The notes under the pieces are model-generated. The model worked only from the letters and a program-made list of their open reading frames with translations, searched no databases and was not told the DNA's origin. Below are positions 45,544 to 58,504 of a stretch of DNA of 64,000 nucleotides, one piece after another. A program made the translations under genes and the position numbers. Origin of the DNA: Pelomyxa schiedti. Lineage: Eukaryota; Protista; Evosea. The DNA is taken from positions 1 to 64,000 of the forward strand of contig JAHLWZ010000276.1 in the NCBI GenBank assembly GCA_020536535.1. Direction: 5' to 3'. Position 1 is the first letter of the stretch, and every line of letters begins with the position of its first letter.

Positions 45544-47867
45544 CTATCCCTTTGCCACGCGGGCAGGAAGGTGTTGGTGCGTTTCATGAGGATCCTCTCT
45601 TCCCAACATGGAGTCCAACCAAGCTTCAGTTGTGCTGCACCTGGATGGCACTGTCCTGTTGGAACCTTTGATGTGAGTTGTGAAAAACACGTCCAGCTCT
45701 GTGATTGTGAATCCAAACTTGTCCACTATCAATCGAGCAGTTCCCGGAGATGACATCACGAGAGGCATGAAGTGCTGGCGAATGATGTCAATGTCAATGG
45801 TCGGGAACTTGTGAAGGAGCATCTTCCATTGCTCCAGTTGGAAGTCCAAGTACCATTGAAGAGGCAACCAGTGGTCAAACATCTCGATGACCTGCAGTTG
45901 TGGCGTTGAGTCAGTGACATAATGGTGGAAGTGTTGACTTGGCTTACTTCATTCAGAGTGATCCCAAAGGTGTCAATCAACCACAGTGCACAGTTCGTCT
46001 TTGCCGATTTGACAATCAATCTGTAAAGGAGGCTGTTGTGGCCCATTTTGATGTGGATGGATTCGAGACTGAAATGTGTGATTGCCCACTTTATGGACTT
46101 GCTTGATCGAAGTGCATATTCTTCTGTGCTCATCAAGCACTTCGCCGCAACATCTTTGGTGATCATTGAGCAGTCAACCAAGGTGACAAACTTTTGTAAT
46201 TTTGCAAGGCTCAGGTTCATGAATCTCGACAAGAGCATTTCCAAGAGGTCAGTGTGCACGCCTTGGTTCATGAAACCAGGGAAAGCCTCCAGAAGGTGAA
46301 TGACGGTGTCACACCTGAAACTTTTGACTCCCTTCTGCTGCAGTGTGTTCCAGATTGAACTTTCAATGATTTCAGGAGACAAGCGTTGAAAGCACCACTT
46401 CGATGCTTTGGAACCAAGTTGAGTCAGACACATTTGAGCCAATCTTTCGGCAGCTGTGGCACACGAATTCACAGATTCCATCACACTGAAATGTGATTCC
46501 AACCAATTTGCAATTTCAATGTTTCCAGAACAAAGTGCCTTTTCGAGGGAAAGTTGAAGGTCAGCAGGTTGCAGTTCCACTCTCGTTGAGAGCCACTGTG
46601 GAAGGGCACATTCACCTCCGAGTGTGGAACACGAACACACAAAAGTGGAGGCAGTGGCGATGAAATGATTTTCAGTGACAAGCCACTCAACAAACTTCAC
46701 ATCCAACATTTTGCACATTTCATTCAGTGTGTAGACACTTGGTGGTTCTCCATAAGGCACTGCAGAAACGAACCATTTGGCGATTTCGAATGTCTTTATC
46801 CTTGGCAGGAAAAACAAAGGCATTTCTTCAGAGACCCATCCACCATCTTTCAACCATTGACACAATTCAACGGTGCCGTGTTTGTTGCTCAAAAGTGGCG
46901 ACAATAAGTTGCACCTTTTGAGCTGGAAATTGTCAATGCACCACTTGATGTTGCTGGGTGCATCACCCATTAAAACTTCCTCAGCCAAACTTTTTAAAAC
47001 GGCAGGAGTCCACCTCTCCATCAGGTTAAACTCACCCAACACCCACTTGATCACCTCAATGTGGCCCTTCAGTGCCGCAGCACTGAGGCCTGACATAAAG
47101 ATCCACTTGGCCTCATTCCACCCAATCCCAAAAGCACACACAAACCACTTCACAGTCTCGACGCTTCCACGCCCCAATGCACTTTGAAGGACGTTGCGAT
47201 GACCACATGATTCCCTGACAAACTCCCTCAGCTCATTCCTCAATTGTTCCACAACATCAACAGTGGAACCAGCTCCAACAGAACCAACAGAACCACAACC
47301 AATGCAACAACAACAATTGTTGTTGCCATTTGCGATCGAATCACAACCCCAACCCCACTGGGGCACCGCGCGGCCATCCCACAATGACAAAGGGAACGTG
47401 CCCTCGCCACCGCCGCCACTCCCGAACATGACCCGCGCCGCCTCCACGTTGCCAGCCTCGCACAGCCCATCGGCAACACACGCGGCCTCCTTGATGGTTC
47501 GCATCCGATGCACCAACCAGCACTCCCTCCTGCCTCTGCCGCCGCCGCGGCATCCCACAATCTGGGTGCGTGTCCTCGCGATGATCCAGGCCACGCACGA
47601 GGGGCTCCCCGCCACCGCGGCGGCCTTGATGGCCTCGTAGTGCGGCGCCTCGTCGGGACACTCGCGGCACATGCGCAGTTCGCGGGTGCAGGCGAGCCCA
47701 ACGAGCGGGAACATCGCCTCGGCAACTCGGAACACGTCGACGTCGCAGTTCCAGGAGGGGGAACCGTAGTCGTGGAGCCATCCCGGCGCCACCACGTTGT
47801 CCCACACAACACGCGACGTCGACAGAATGTGATCGATGTTGCCTTGCTTCTCGGTGGTGCCCGTCAT
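45544..47867 (-). CDS. Ankyrin-like array copy 2 (2 exons)
   Basis: Intact long ORF plus final exon; repeated GHIEVIKW / GNIEIANW motifs. Confidence 0.85.
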
Positions 47868-47914
47868 CGATCGATCGCCGACGATAACGAATTTAATTCC
47901 AAAATTTTTTTTTG

Positions 47915-50190
47915 TTATGATGAACAGACACGTGGAAGTATTACCTCTCTTCCCAACATGGAATCCAACCAAGCTTTAGTTGTGCTGCGCCTAACTGGAC
48001 TTATACTGCTGGTACCTTTGATTGTGAAAGACACGTCCAGCTCTTCGATCGTGAATCCAAACTTGTACACTGTGAACTGAGCCGTTGCTGGAGATGAGAT
48101 AACGAGAGGCATGAAGTGCTGGCGAATGGTGTCAATGTCAATGGTCGGGAACTTGTGCAGGAGCATCTTCCATTGCTCCAGTTGGAAGTCAACGTAACAC
48201 CTGCGAGACAACCAGTGGTCAAACATATCTACGACCTGCAGTTGTGGTGTTGAGTCAGTGACAAAATAGTGGAGAGGCTGACTTGACTTACTTCATCCAT
48301 AGTGATTCCAAAGGTGTCAATCAACCACAGTGCGCAGTTTGTCTTCTTGGCCCTGACCATCAACCTGAAAAGGAGCCTGTTGTGGTCCATTTTGATGTGG
48401 ATGGACTCGAGACTGAAATATGTGATTGCCCACTTGACAGCCTTGCTTGATTCAAATGTGTAGATATAATCTTCAGTGTTAATCAAGCACTTCGCCGCAA
48501 GATCTTTGGTGATCATTGAGCAGTCAACCAAGGTGACAAACTTTTGTAATTTTGCAAGGCTCAGGTTCATGAAATTAGACAGGAGCTTTTCGAAGAGGTC
48601 AGAGTGCCCACCTTGATTCATACAACCAGGGCAAGCTTCCAGAAGGTGAATGATGGTATCACACCTTAAATTTTTGACTTCCTGCCGCAGTGTGTTCAAG
48701 AATGACCTTTTGATGATTTCAGGAGACAAGTGTCGAAGGAACCACGTTGACGCCTCAGCATTGTGAGTCAGACACACTTGAGTCATTTCTTCAGCAAGTG
48801 TGGCACACGAATTCACAGATTCCATCACACCAAAATGTGATTCCAACCAATTTGCAATTTCAATGTTTCCAGAACAAAGTGCCTTTTGGAGGGAAAGTTG
48901 AAGGTCAGCAGGTTGCAGTTCCACTCTCGTTGAGAGCCACTGTGGAAGGGCACATCCACCTCTGAGTGTGGAACACGCACACACAAAAGTGGATGCTGTT
49001 GGTATGAAATGCTTTTCAGTGACAAGCCACTCAACAAATTTCACATCTCCAACCACCCTGCACATTTCATTCAGGGTACCAACACCTGGTTCAACTTCAG
49101 GTGAAGCAGAAAGAGCCCATTTGGCAAATTCAAAGGTCTTTATCCTTTGTAGTGAATACAAGGAAATTTTTTCAGACCCCCATCCACCATTTTGCAACCA
49201 TTGACACAATTCAGACGTGCAGCGTTCGTTATTCAAAAGTGGTAACAATAAGTTGCACTGTGTGAGTTGAAAATTATCAATGCACCACTTGATGTTGTTG
49301 GGTGCATCACCCATTAAAACATCCACAGCCAAACGGCGTCTAGTATTAGGGGACCACCTTTTTATCAAGTTAAACTCACCCAGCACCCACTTGATCACCT
49401 CAATGTGGCCCCTCAGTGCCGCCACTCTCAGGTTATCTGTGAACACCCACAGGGCCTCATTCCACCCAATCCCAAAGGCAGACACAAACCACTTCACAGT
49501 CTCGACGCTTCCACTCCTCAATGCACTTCGAATGACATAGCGATGGCCGAATGATTCCCTGGCGTTGCAATGATCACACGACGCCATGACAGACTCCCTC
49601 AAATCATTCCTCAGTTGTACCGCAGCATTCCCTCCATTTCCGACCGAATCACAACCCCAACCCCACTGGGGCACCACGCGGCCATCCCACAATGGCAAAG
49701 GGGCCGTGCCCTCGCCACCGCCGCCACTCCCGAACATGATCCGCGCCGCCTCCACGTTGCCAGCCTCGCACAGCCCATCGACAACACACGTGGCCTCCTT
49801 GATGGTTCGCATCCGATGCACCAACCAGCACCGACTGTCGCTGCTGCCGCCGCCGCGGCGTCCCACAATCGGCTGCCGAGGGCGTGTCCTCGCGATGATC
49901 CAGGCCACGCACGAGGGGCTCCCCGCCACCGCGGCGGCCCTGATGGCCTCGTAGTGCGGCGCCTCGACGGGACACTCGCGGCACCTGCGCAGTTCGCGGG
50001 TGCAGGCGAGCCCAACGAGCGGGGACATCGCCTCGGCAACTCGGAACACGTCGACGTCGCAGTTCCAGGAGGGGAACCGGCGGTCGCCTTTGTCGTCGAG
50101 CCATCCCGGCGCCACCACGTTGTCCCACACAACACGCGACGTCGACAGAATGCGATCGATGTTGCCTTGCTTGACATAGTTGCTGCGCAT
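47915..50190 (-). CDS. Ankyrin-like array copy 3 (2 exons)
   Basis: Paralogue of copies 1 and 2 with the same intron position. Confidence 0.85.
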
Positions 50191-50267
50191 TTTGGACCTT
50201 GGCAGAGAAAATACCAGGCAGTTCCGGGTCCGTTGAATATTTTGTTGCTTGTTGAGATTGATTTGTG

Positions 50268-53200
50268 TTACAATTTGAGCTTGGTGGTGACGTGCTTGAG
50301 GAACTCTATTCCGAGCGCAGAGGTGTGGTTGTCCTTTGTTGTCGGGGAAAGTATTGGGGAGTATACAGCCACGCCACACACATCAGGCACAATGAGCAGA
50401 GTGAGGCCAGATACGCCGCCAATCGAGAACCATTTTGTGCCTGTACCACTGCCGGCACCCCCGCGCAGTGATTCCGTGCACGGGCTGTGCTGCGCGAGGG
50501 ACTGTGATAGTGATATCCCGGTGTTGCCGGCCGTGCAGCTCCTGTGTGTGATATATATTAGATTAGTTTATGTGCGGATGAGAGAGTTGAGTAATTTACG
50601 ATTCCAGCTACTCGTTATCATTATATTATTAGCAGTTGAAGTATTTTCCGGCTTTTGAGGGACTTACTTTTTTGAGGTTGGGCAACAGAAGTGGTTTGCC
50701 ATTGTGGCGGCGTAAGTAGCGGCCTGCGTGAGGTTCATTTGGAGGCTGTTTACCATCAACACGAAGTCCACTACATCGCGGACATCGGCATTTCCGGGAA
50801 GGTTTCCAGTGGCTCTCTTAAAGTAAATTTAGTTATAGTTAGCAATTTGGTTACAGGTGCCCACCATTGCGAATGCTCGGGCGAATTCTTCATTTGCGTG
50901 GTCGATGGATGATAAGTAGGCGGGCATACTGAAGCTTACATCAGAACCACAGAACATGGAGGCCCTACGGAGTTTAAGTTGGAAGTTTGAGTTCCGTATC
51001 GGAAGGAATACTTGGAGGAAAAGTTGGACAGTAGTTCCCACGAACTGGGTTTGGGATTAAGTAACACAGCAGACATAACACTCGCACCAACAGCAGCAGG
51101 TTCCCAGGGGTGAGCAGGTTTACTTCCAAACTTCACTGCTCCGGAATTTCCAAAGTGCGAATTTATCTGCAAGGTGCACGTTACGTGCATCACAGGATAA
51201 AAGTACTATTTACCTGCTCATCAACCATTTCATGGCACAGGGTATACAGGACAGGGTAACTGGCGCATTGCGTTGTTATCAACTTTGAAGCGTCTCCATG
51301 TACAAATACACTTCCCCCCACTGAACACACAGCAAAACCGGTGTTGCTCACCTCGACCTAAGCTTGTGCATTAGTCATGTGATTGGTGTGGACGATGGTA
51401 CCTGAGAAAGGAACGGTGTAGCTGACGAGGGGGACCCAGTTGCTGGCGAAATTGAGGTGAAAACAGAAACCAAGTCTTTGCAAAATCTTGAAAAGGGTGG
51501 CAATGTCTGGGGCCAGAGTTCCTGGGGACGGTATCAGTTCATAGTTAAAAACCTTACAAGACACACACATCAGTGGTCTCAGCAGGAGCGGCGGGAGAAG
51601 CAGGTGTACTTGTTGGAGTCTCGACAGTGTCTTGAGGTGGTGGTGTGGTTGGTCGTTGAACGGGTCTTACCCCCAAAATCGGCTTCGCTCTGGTTGTAGT
51701 ACTTGGAGCAACAGCTGCGACTGCCGTATCCGGCTCTTTCACTGGCTCTTTTTGTGGAGGTGGTTCCTTTTGTACAGCTGCTGGTGGGGGAGGCTCTTTC
51801 TGTACTGGTGGTTGTGGTTCGGTTTTCACTGGTGCTGGGGCCGCGGGCTCTTTTGGGACTACTGCTGGTGATGCTACTGGTTGGGCTGTGGGGTCTTTTG
51901 CTCGTGGTGGTATCACTGGATTTGCACGTGGAGGAACACCTGGCCGTACTCCAGGTGTAGGTTGTTCCCGGACAGGAGTTTTTGGGGGTTGTGCTCCGGG
52001 GGTGACGGGTGTGGTTGTGGTTGTGGTAGTATCACTTTTAGTTAGATTAGCACGGCCAGTTCCTGTCTGATAACCGAAATAATCAGTATCGGCGTTTTAT
52101 TAAGAAGGGAAAAGAAAGAAACAATGCATACTCGAGGAGGCAGTGCTACTCCCCTTGCAGCACCAGGAGGTGGAGCTGTGGGTGTAGCTGTAGGTGGTTG
52201 ACTTGTTGAACGTAATTTTACTGCCAATGGACTTGCTACGGCAGGCGGCTCTTTTTTCTCTGCTGGGGGAGTGGATACTCTGACACCTTCATATGACATT
52301 AGAGTTTTGTTCCAGTACTCCGTTATTACCTCCGCTGCGAGCTGCTATTCGATCAGCAAGTTGTTGATTAAATCCAGGCAGGGCCACAGTGTTTCGGTTC
52401 ACGCGAGGTCCACCAGTAGCAATAGCAGCCGCGGCCGCGGCCAGTCCTGCGTGCACTGCAGCTGGACCACCAACTCCACTTGGTGTGGTTTGAGGGGTAC
52501 TTGAAGTTTCTTCACCTGTTTCACTGGCATCTTCTGTAACACTAATTGTCTGATTTGATTAATTAATGACGATAACAGGTGAATATATTACGCACTTTTA
52601 CAGTGGAACCAAGCCTCGTTCCCCTTGTTGGGGGTCTTCGCTTTGCTGCTCCGGCTGAGCGAGCTGATTCATGTTAGGTTTTGGTGGCTAGAAAGTGGCA
52701 GCTGTACCAACATGTGTGAGTCGCACAGAAGTGTTGGCTGTTAGCACTTCATCAAGTTTTGTATCCACCTGGCTGACTTCTTTTTCAGTTATGACTGTGA
52801 CAAAATTGGCTGGAAACCAGCCAATAGCACCAGCAAGTTCCCCCTGCCACCACCCACTGTCATCCTTGACTTTCGTAAGGGTACCAGAAGGAGGATCAAA
52901 GTTATAACTTGTTGTAAGACGGTAATTATATCGCCCTCGTGAAAGCCAAGCTCTCCATCAGCTGCCACTTCATATGTATAGGCTCCCCGGCATTTTACTT
53001 GCTCCTTTTATTTTTATAAGCAAAGGATCAGGAACTTCGTTCTCCATACATGCTTTCCCACTTCTGCCAGAGCAGCGGAGGCCAACCCTTTCTCTGGTTC
53101 TACTTCCTCTGCAGGAGTTTCTTCTATTAATGAGAGAAAGTTTTAGTGCCAGTCATTAATAATGGAAATAACCTTCATCTGGTAGCCTCTCTGCAAAGTT

Positions 53201-53941
53201 GCTTGGGAAAACACCGACAGCACCAGCCACCTCTCCCTTAAACCAGCCACTGGGATCCTCAGATAACACATTTATAATATCCTTATCTTTGAAGGATAAT
53301 TCAAAGGGATCCTGGAATTGGAATTATAGGGGACACAAAGGCGAAAAGAGAAACCGCGGCATCATAATCGTAGTTTGCTTTCATCTATTCAGAAAGTTAC
53401 GAATCAACAAGCAATTTCAAAGGAGGTAAACCTTGAACAGTACAGTGGTTGGAGGTGGTGGTTGTGCGGAACCAGGAGTTACTGCCGAAAAGAGAGAGGG
53501 CCACTGGCCCTTTTGCCCTTTCTCCAGAGTTATAGCTACTGTTCCAGGGTTTCCGGCCTTATGAACCCACTTGCATTGGGCCGGCTTGACAGCAGCATAC
53601 AGTGTTCCCTGTCACATAGTTATCCCAACGAAACAATAAGAAATAATACATAGTGATAAGAGATATAACTAAAAAACTTACCTCACAAATTGGAGCGGCA
53701 GCCTTGAACCCAGCCCTAAAATTAGTAGCAGTGATCACAACCTCAATGTCTTCTTTCTTTTTGTTCTGAGGGCAACTGAAACTCACAGTAGCAGTGCTCC
53801 CGCCCTGCAGCCACTTAAACGCTGCTGCTGCCTGTGTCACCAAAAAAAACATTATGGGTGTTAGGTGTGTATTGAACTCAATAGGTTTGGTAACAAAAAA
53901 ATAACAACAAAAAAACGGCCAACAACTACCCCTCCGCCCAT
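50268..53941 (-). CDS. CS(p23/NudC-like) - SH3 - SH3 - Pro-rich - glutaminase-like (pseudoenzyme) protein
   Basis: CS: FKWLQGGSTATV. SH3 x2: ELSF..SGWFKGE..GVFPSNF and SGWWQGE..GWFPANFV. Glutaminase fold: GFAVCSVGG..GD, KPAHP, AATYAATMAN..CPT, GGVSG..LIVP..GVAVYSP.L..SALGIEF. Confidence 0.8.
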
Positions 53942-54219
53942 AATCGCGATAAAGCGAACACCTTGGCCATTGAAAGAGTATTTCGGTGGCACTACGCAAT
54001 TATGGGTCCTGTTCGCTGGCGTGCCGTCTCCTAAACCCAACGATTGATTGGGCTCGTTTTTTTTTGCTGGTTTTTTCACTTCTTTCGGTGAGTTTTTGTC
54101 AACGGGTGAATACCTCGACCCTCTGTAGACATAGAGTTTGAGCTTTCGTTCGGATCTCGATTAGTTCTGAAGGGGTTCTGTGAGGACCAGAAAAATAGGA
54201 GATTGCAGATTGGGGGGCG

Positions 54220-54949
54220 ATGTCGTCGGTGGTGGCGTGTGTTGCTGTGGTCGGTAAAAACGTGCGTTCTGTTTGTTTTGTTGCCGCGTTGCGTGCATTC
54301 ACTTGTGGGAGCTGGGTTTCTTTTTACTTCTGGATATTGTGTTTGAACCGACACATAGAACAATCCATTGTATATAAGGGCATTTAAAGAGCAAGAAGAC
54401 AAACTCAAATTTCACTACATTGTACACACATCATTGGATGTTGTTGAAGAAAAACGTAAAGACTCCTTGTAGCACCTTTCAAACCCGCTAACGTACGAAT
54501 CACACAATACAGTGTCTACTACGCCAAGTACTGGTTCTGGAGGTAAAAACGACGCCCCATCCTCTTATCTTGGCCTTTTGTTTCCCACAGAGGAGCACAA
54601 AGTGTATCTATTATCTATATATATATATATTTATGTAATTCACTTGTCGGCAGGTATGGTTATATCACATGTACAAAGAATAAGTTTATTGCTGTGATCG
54701 ATGACATAGACATAAAAGACAACCAGATGAAAGCTGTATACCCTCCATCCCTATCTTTCTCTCCTCCCTAAATATATTTCCCCAACCTCAACCTAACTGG
54801 CCGGTTAGTTTTTCAAGCAATTCCACAGTATATTTGCTGATGCCATGTGCACACCATTCCAGACCAGTGACAAAAGAATCACATCCAAGAGATTTGAGTT
54901 AGAGGTAGAGAAGGCATGTGCCACACTCCACAGTACAAACAAATCCTGA
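54220..54949 (+). CDS. TRAPPC2L: TRAPP complex subunit 2-like (Sedlin family)
   Basis: [10 protein letters not shown]|[36 protein letters not shown]|YGYIT..FI..DAMCTPF. Confidence 0.92.
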
Positions 54950-55129
54950 TTCTGAGTCGTCTCTCATCAGTACTTTTTTTTTTTGATTTCGGTTTGCGAA
55001 AAGTGTACAACAACGGGTGATGGCATGGTGTTGTGACATCATTCCCCTGCGCATTTTTGGTTTGGCATATGTGTTCATTTTTCGAACACGTGGTGGACAA
55101 AGGCCATTCCGCAGATCTTGTGCCCTTGG

Positions 55130-57443
55130 ATGAGTGACCCCTGGCCTCACAGTACACGCGACGACTGCCCAGATTGTGTTGCCAAGTTACCTGTTGAACA
55201 GCAGCGAGGGAGAATAAAGGATCTATGTAGGCGGTAGGCCCAGCGTTTGTTTGTTTGTTTTTTCCCCCGCTTATGTTTTTTTCTCCTCCCACTCAGATGG
55301 ACATGTGAAACTCTGGATTACGACGAAAATGAGGCCCTGGGCTTGTATGTTTCCTATTTGTGGACCTGTTTGTAACATTTGGATAGGTGGATCCACTATT
55401 TCTCCCGAGCGTTGTGCGGTTGTGATCAACGCAGAATTGCGAGACTATATATTGAATGTGGAATTCTGCCTGTTCTCTGCAAGTACTTCTGGCGAAAACC
55501 TTTCAAAACTACTCATTTCGTTGAAAGGTCTGCACAAAGTCAGGAAGAGACTATTCCACACACCTGTTTCAATATTCTGTTCCGGCTCATTGACCAGAAT
55601 CTCCTGAACCAAGGTGAACTTCTTGAGCTCTTGGGCCCACTGAGGGTGTTGAGATTGTGTGAGGAAAGCATCACTGTACCTGGATCCTTGACTCGAACCG
55701 CTGCAGCACGACTGGCACGACAGCTGTTCCACTTACCTATTACTTCTGAGAAATGCAGTGAAAACTTTCGGTTTGCGCCAACATAAATAAAACTTGACTG
55801 ATGAATGAAGGCCTGAGTTTGTTGTTGCTCTACTTGAACAGATTCAGAGGGAGAATATCCCCTTTCTGAAGGCTGAACTGATTGATGGATATTATGGCTG
55901 GGAGGTTTGTTTTTTTTTTGTCACACTGCAATGTAACCTCATACCACCTTAAAACAGTTGGAGGGATTCTACCGTAGATTACCTGCGAAATACTATGAAG
56001 CTTGCCTTCCACGGTACATGTGTATGCAGCATGAAACTTACGCTTTGACCTGGACATCAATCTTTATGGCGAAAGAGAAAGACTCAACTTGGTTGGTATG
56101 TACGTCTTCTACGTATTCAAATCTCTGAATTTCACAAGATGGATGTCGTGAATCGGTTCCCCCACTTTATTTCTGGTCTTGTAACTTGCGCCTCATTCCT
56201 TCCGTTTCCAGCCCTTCCAAACTGTTCTCAGCAGAGCATTGCTCTCTATGTTCTGGATGTTTTGCTGTACATGACAATCACACCAACTCCCATATTGCAG
56301 AGCACGGACACAAACGCTTTATGCACCAATAACGTGTGTTTACTCTTTTCTAACGTTTCATTTGACCAATTGGGCAACTTACAGGTATTCTCCAAGTGCC
56401 CGGACATTGTCGATCGACTCGTTACTTTCTTAGATCAGCTTGTTGGATTAATTCGTTCTGGTGAGGTTTTTGTAATCGAGTGGATCTAACTTTCACAGGT
56501 TTAAAGTCTCACATTGACACGCTCTTCTCGAAGCTCGATCAGGTTTTAAGTAAAACTCCATTTTACACTCAACCTTCAGCAGTTCCACCCCCATATTCCA
56601 CCCACTACTGATGATATTGAATCTGCCATAATGGAAGTAAAACGTGAATTCAACACGCTAATGGTTTGTCTGTGCAAACTGTCGGCAGTGGCGGTGTGTT
56701 CTCACATATGAGTGGCAGTACTGACTAACAATTCAATTGCCAGGATATCCTACCGGCCTTCATAGCACACAAAGCAGTTTTCGAGGATGTTGTGCAGCTT
56801 TATGTTGAAAACCAGGTTGTCTGTTCATGTATGGTTTCCGCAGCTTTAATCATTATCGGGAGGCTTTGCTCTTTTGCCAGTGTGCATGTCCCCCACTTTA
56901 CCAAATTCTAACTCTTCACAGATTGCACAACTGTGATACCAAAGGATGTTGCAAAGCATCTCCATTACAAAGCCCGATCTAGCCCCAAGAAGCGAAACAG
57001 GGATGGCATCATGGCCTTGGTCCTGGTATCAAAACCCAGCCGTTCTCTTGTAGTGCGGCATTACGGTATTCTAATCCCACCCCCAGGTTGAAAAACTGTG
57101 GTTCCCAGAAATCACACCCTTCGGCATCGAGCAACTTGCATTGAAAAGCTTAAAGGTACTTTCTGTCCCTTGACCACGTCCCCTTTCCATTCCGATTTTC
57201 TTCACTCAGCTAACACACAAACAGGAATGCGGGTGGTGTGGGAAGCCCAATCAGAGCCTCAGGTGCACCAGGTGCTTAACAACATACTACTGTAACAAAG
57301 CGTGCCAAAAGAAGGACTGGCCTCACCACAAGGCATCATGTCGTGCACCTGCTACTACTATCACCACTCCGCCGCCATCGACACCATCGACACCCAACCC
57401 CAACGCACAACCACAACCAGCAACCCCCAATAAAAACTCATAG
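55130..57443 (+). CDS. Helical-repeat protein with C-terminal MYND zinc finger (start approximate)
   Basis: Last exon CGWCGK..LRCTRCLTTYYCNKACQKKDWPHHKASC. Confidence 0.72.
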
Positions 57444-58504
57444 CATCATCAAGCTACGAATTTACTGCCAATTGAAAAAAAAAAACCCAACTTGAGTAGT
57501 CAGTTCTGAGGTAGATTCAACAGAACATGGGTTTGATAGACTAGATGTACCTGTAGTGGTGGAAGCCGCAGAACGGGTAGTGGTAGTATTACAGGAGGTA
57601 GTGGGGTGTAAAGAGAACTGGCTGATCATGCACGGAAGAAAAGGGAATTTGATTCGTATCATCGGGTGCCCCCAGCCGATAATTGGGCGCCTCCGCGTGG
57701 TTGTTGCTGCTGCCAGTCTTGCACAGTATTGGCGCCAGGATAGTTGCATATGCTTCAGGTACGTATTGCGCTCACTAGGTTTCGGAATTGTTGGTTCTAT
57801 GTCAATACTGGAGCGGAATTGATATGAATGCTTTGTATTTGATCGATGCGCCGTTTTTACCCGTCACTGAACCCAGAAAATTCCACATCACCGTAGGGGA
57901 AAATTCTGTAGAATATAATTTACTACTTATTGTGGCAAGAGCCACGTGGGCGAGGAACCTTGGATTTCTAATCAATCTGCCCTTGCCAAAAATAAAGTAA
58001 TCTCTAGAACCCAAATGACTATCTAAATAGCATAAGCTTCTGATCCCGCATAATATAATGACTTCCTTGCTCAAAACGAACATACGTATTTTCCATTGAA
58101 TCGCTCCTGCAGTGAGTCTGGTTAATGCAATTACAACCTACATAGAATTCCCACCTCAGTGCCGGCGAAAAACGCATATGCATGATTGAACAAGTCAGTA
58201 ATTGGGCGAGGAGTACCTCAATTCAAGTAAGTTGTTACATTAGGCTTTTGCTCCTCTAAAATACCATCAAGTATAATTTCCGGCAATGGGGAGGAGGGGA
58301 AGAGGCCTCCTCTCCCTCTCCCCCCCTCCAGTGTAGGAGTACACTTCCATACTGATCCGTGATTTCCATAAGTGAACCGAACGTTGCCTCATGAGACCAC
58401 ACAGGTCTCGTTTGAAATGCAAAAAGTCAACCAAAAATAGAATTTATCCTTATAACGCAGAAACACTTGGTAAAGACAACAAGAAAAAAACCTATCGGGG
58501 CGAC

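Noticed and set aside
44928-50658. Long overlapping or antisense ORFs in the GC-rich 5' parts of the array
   Set aside because: Shadow ORFs caused by high GC, repeated only because the genes are duplicated.
57460-58350. Possible small minus-strand spliced gene
   Set aside because: Splice-like signals are present, but I could not build a consistent model or recognise any motif.
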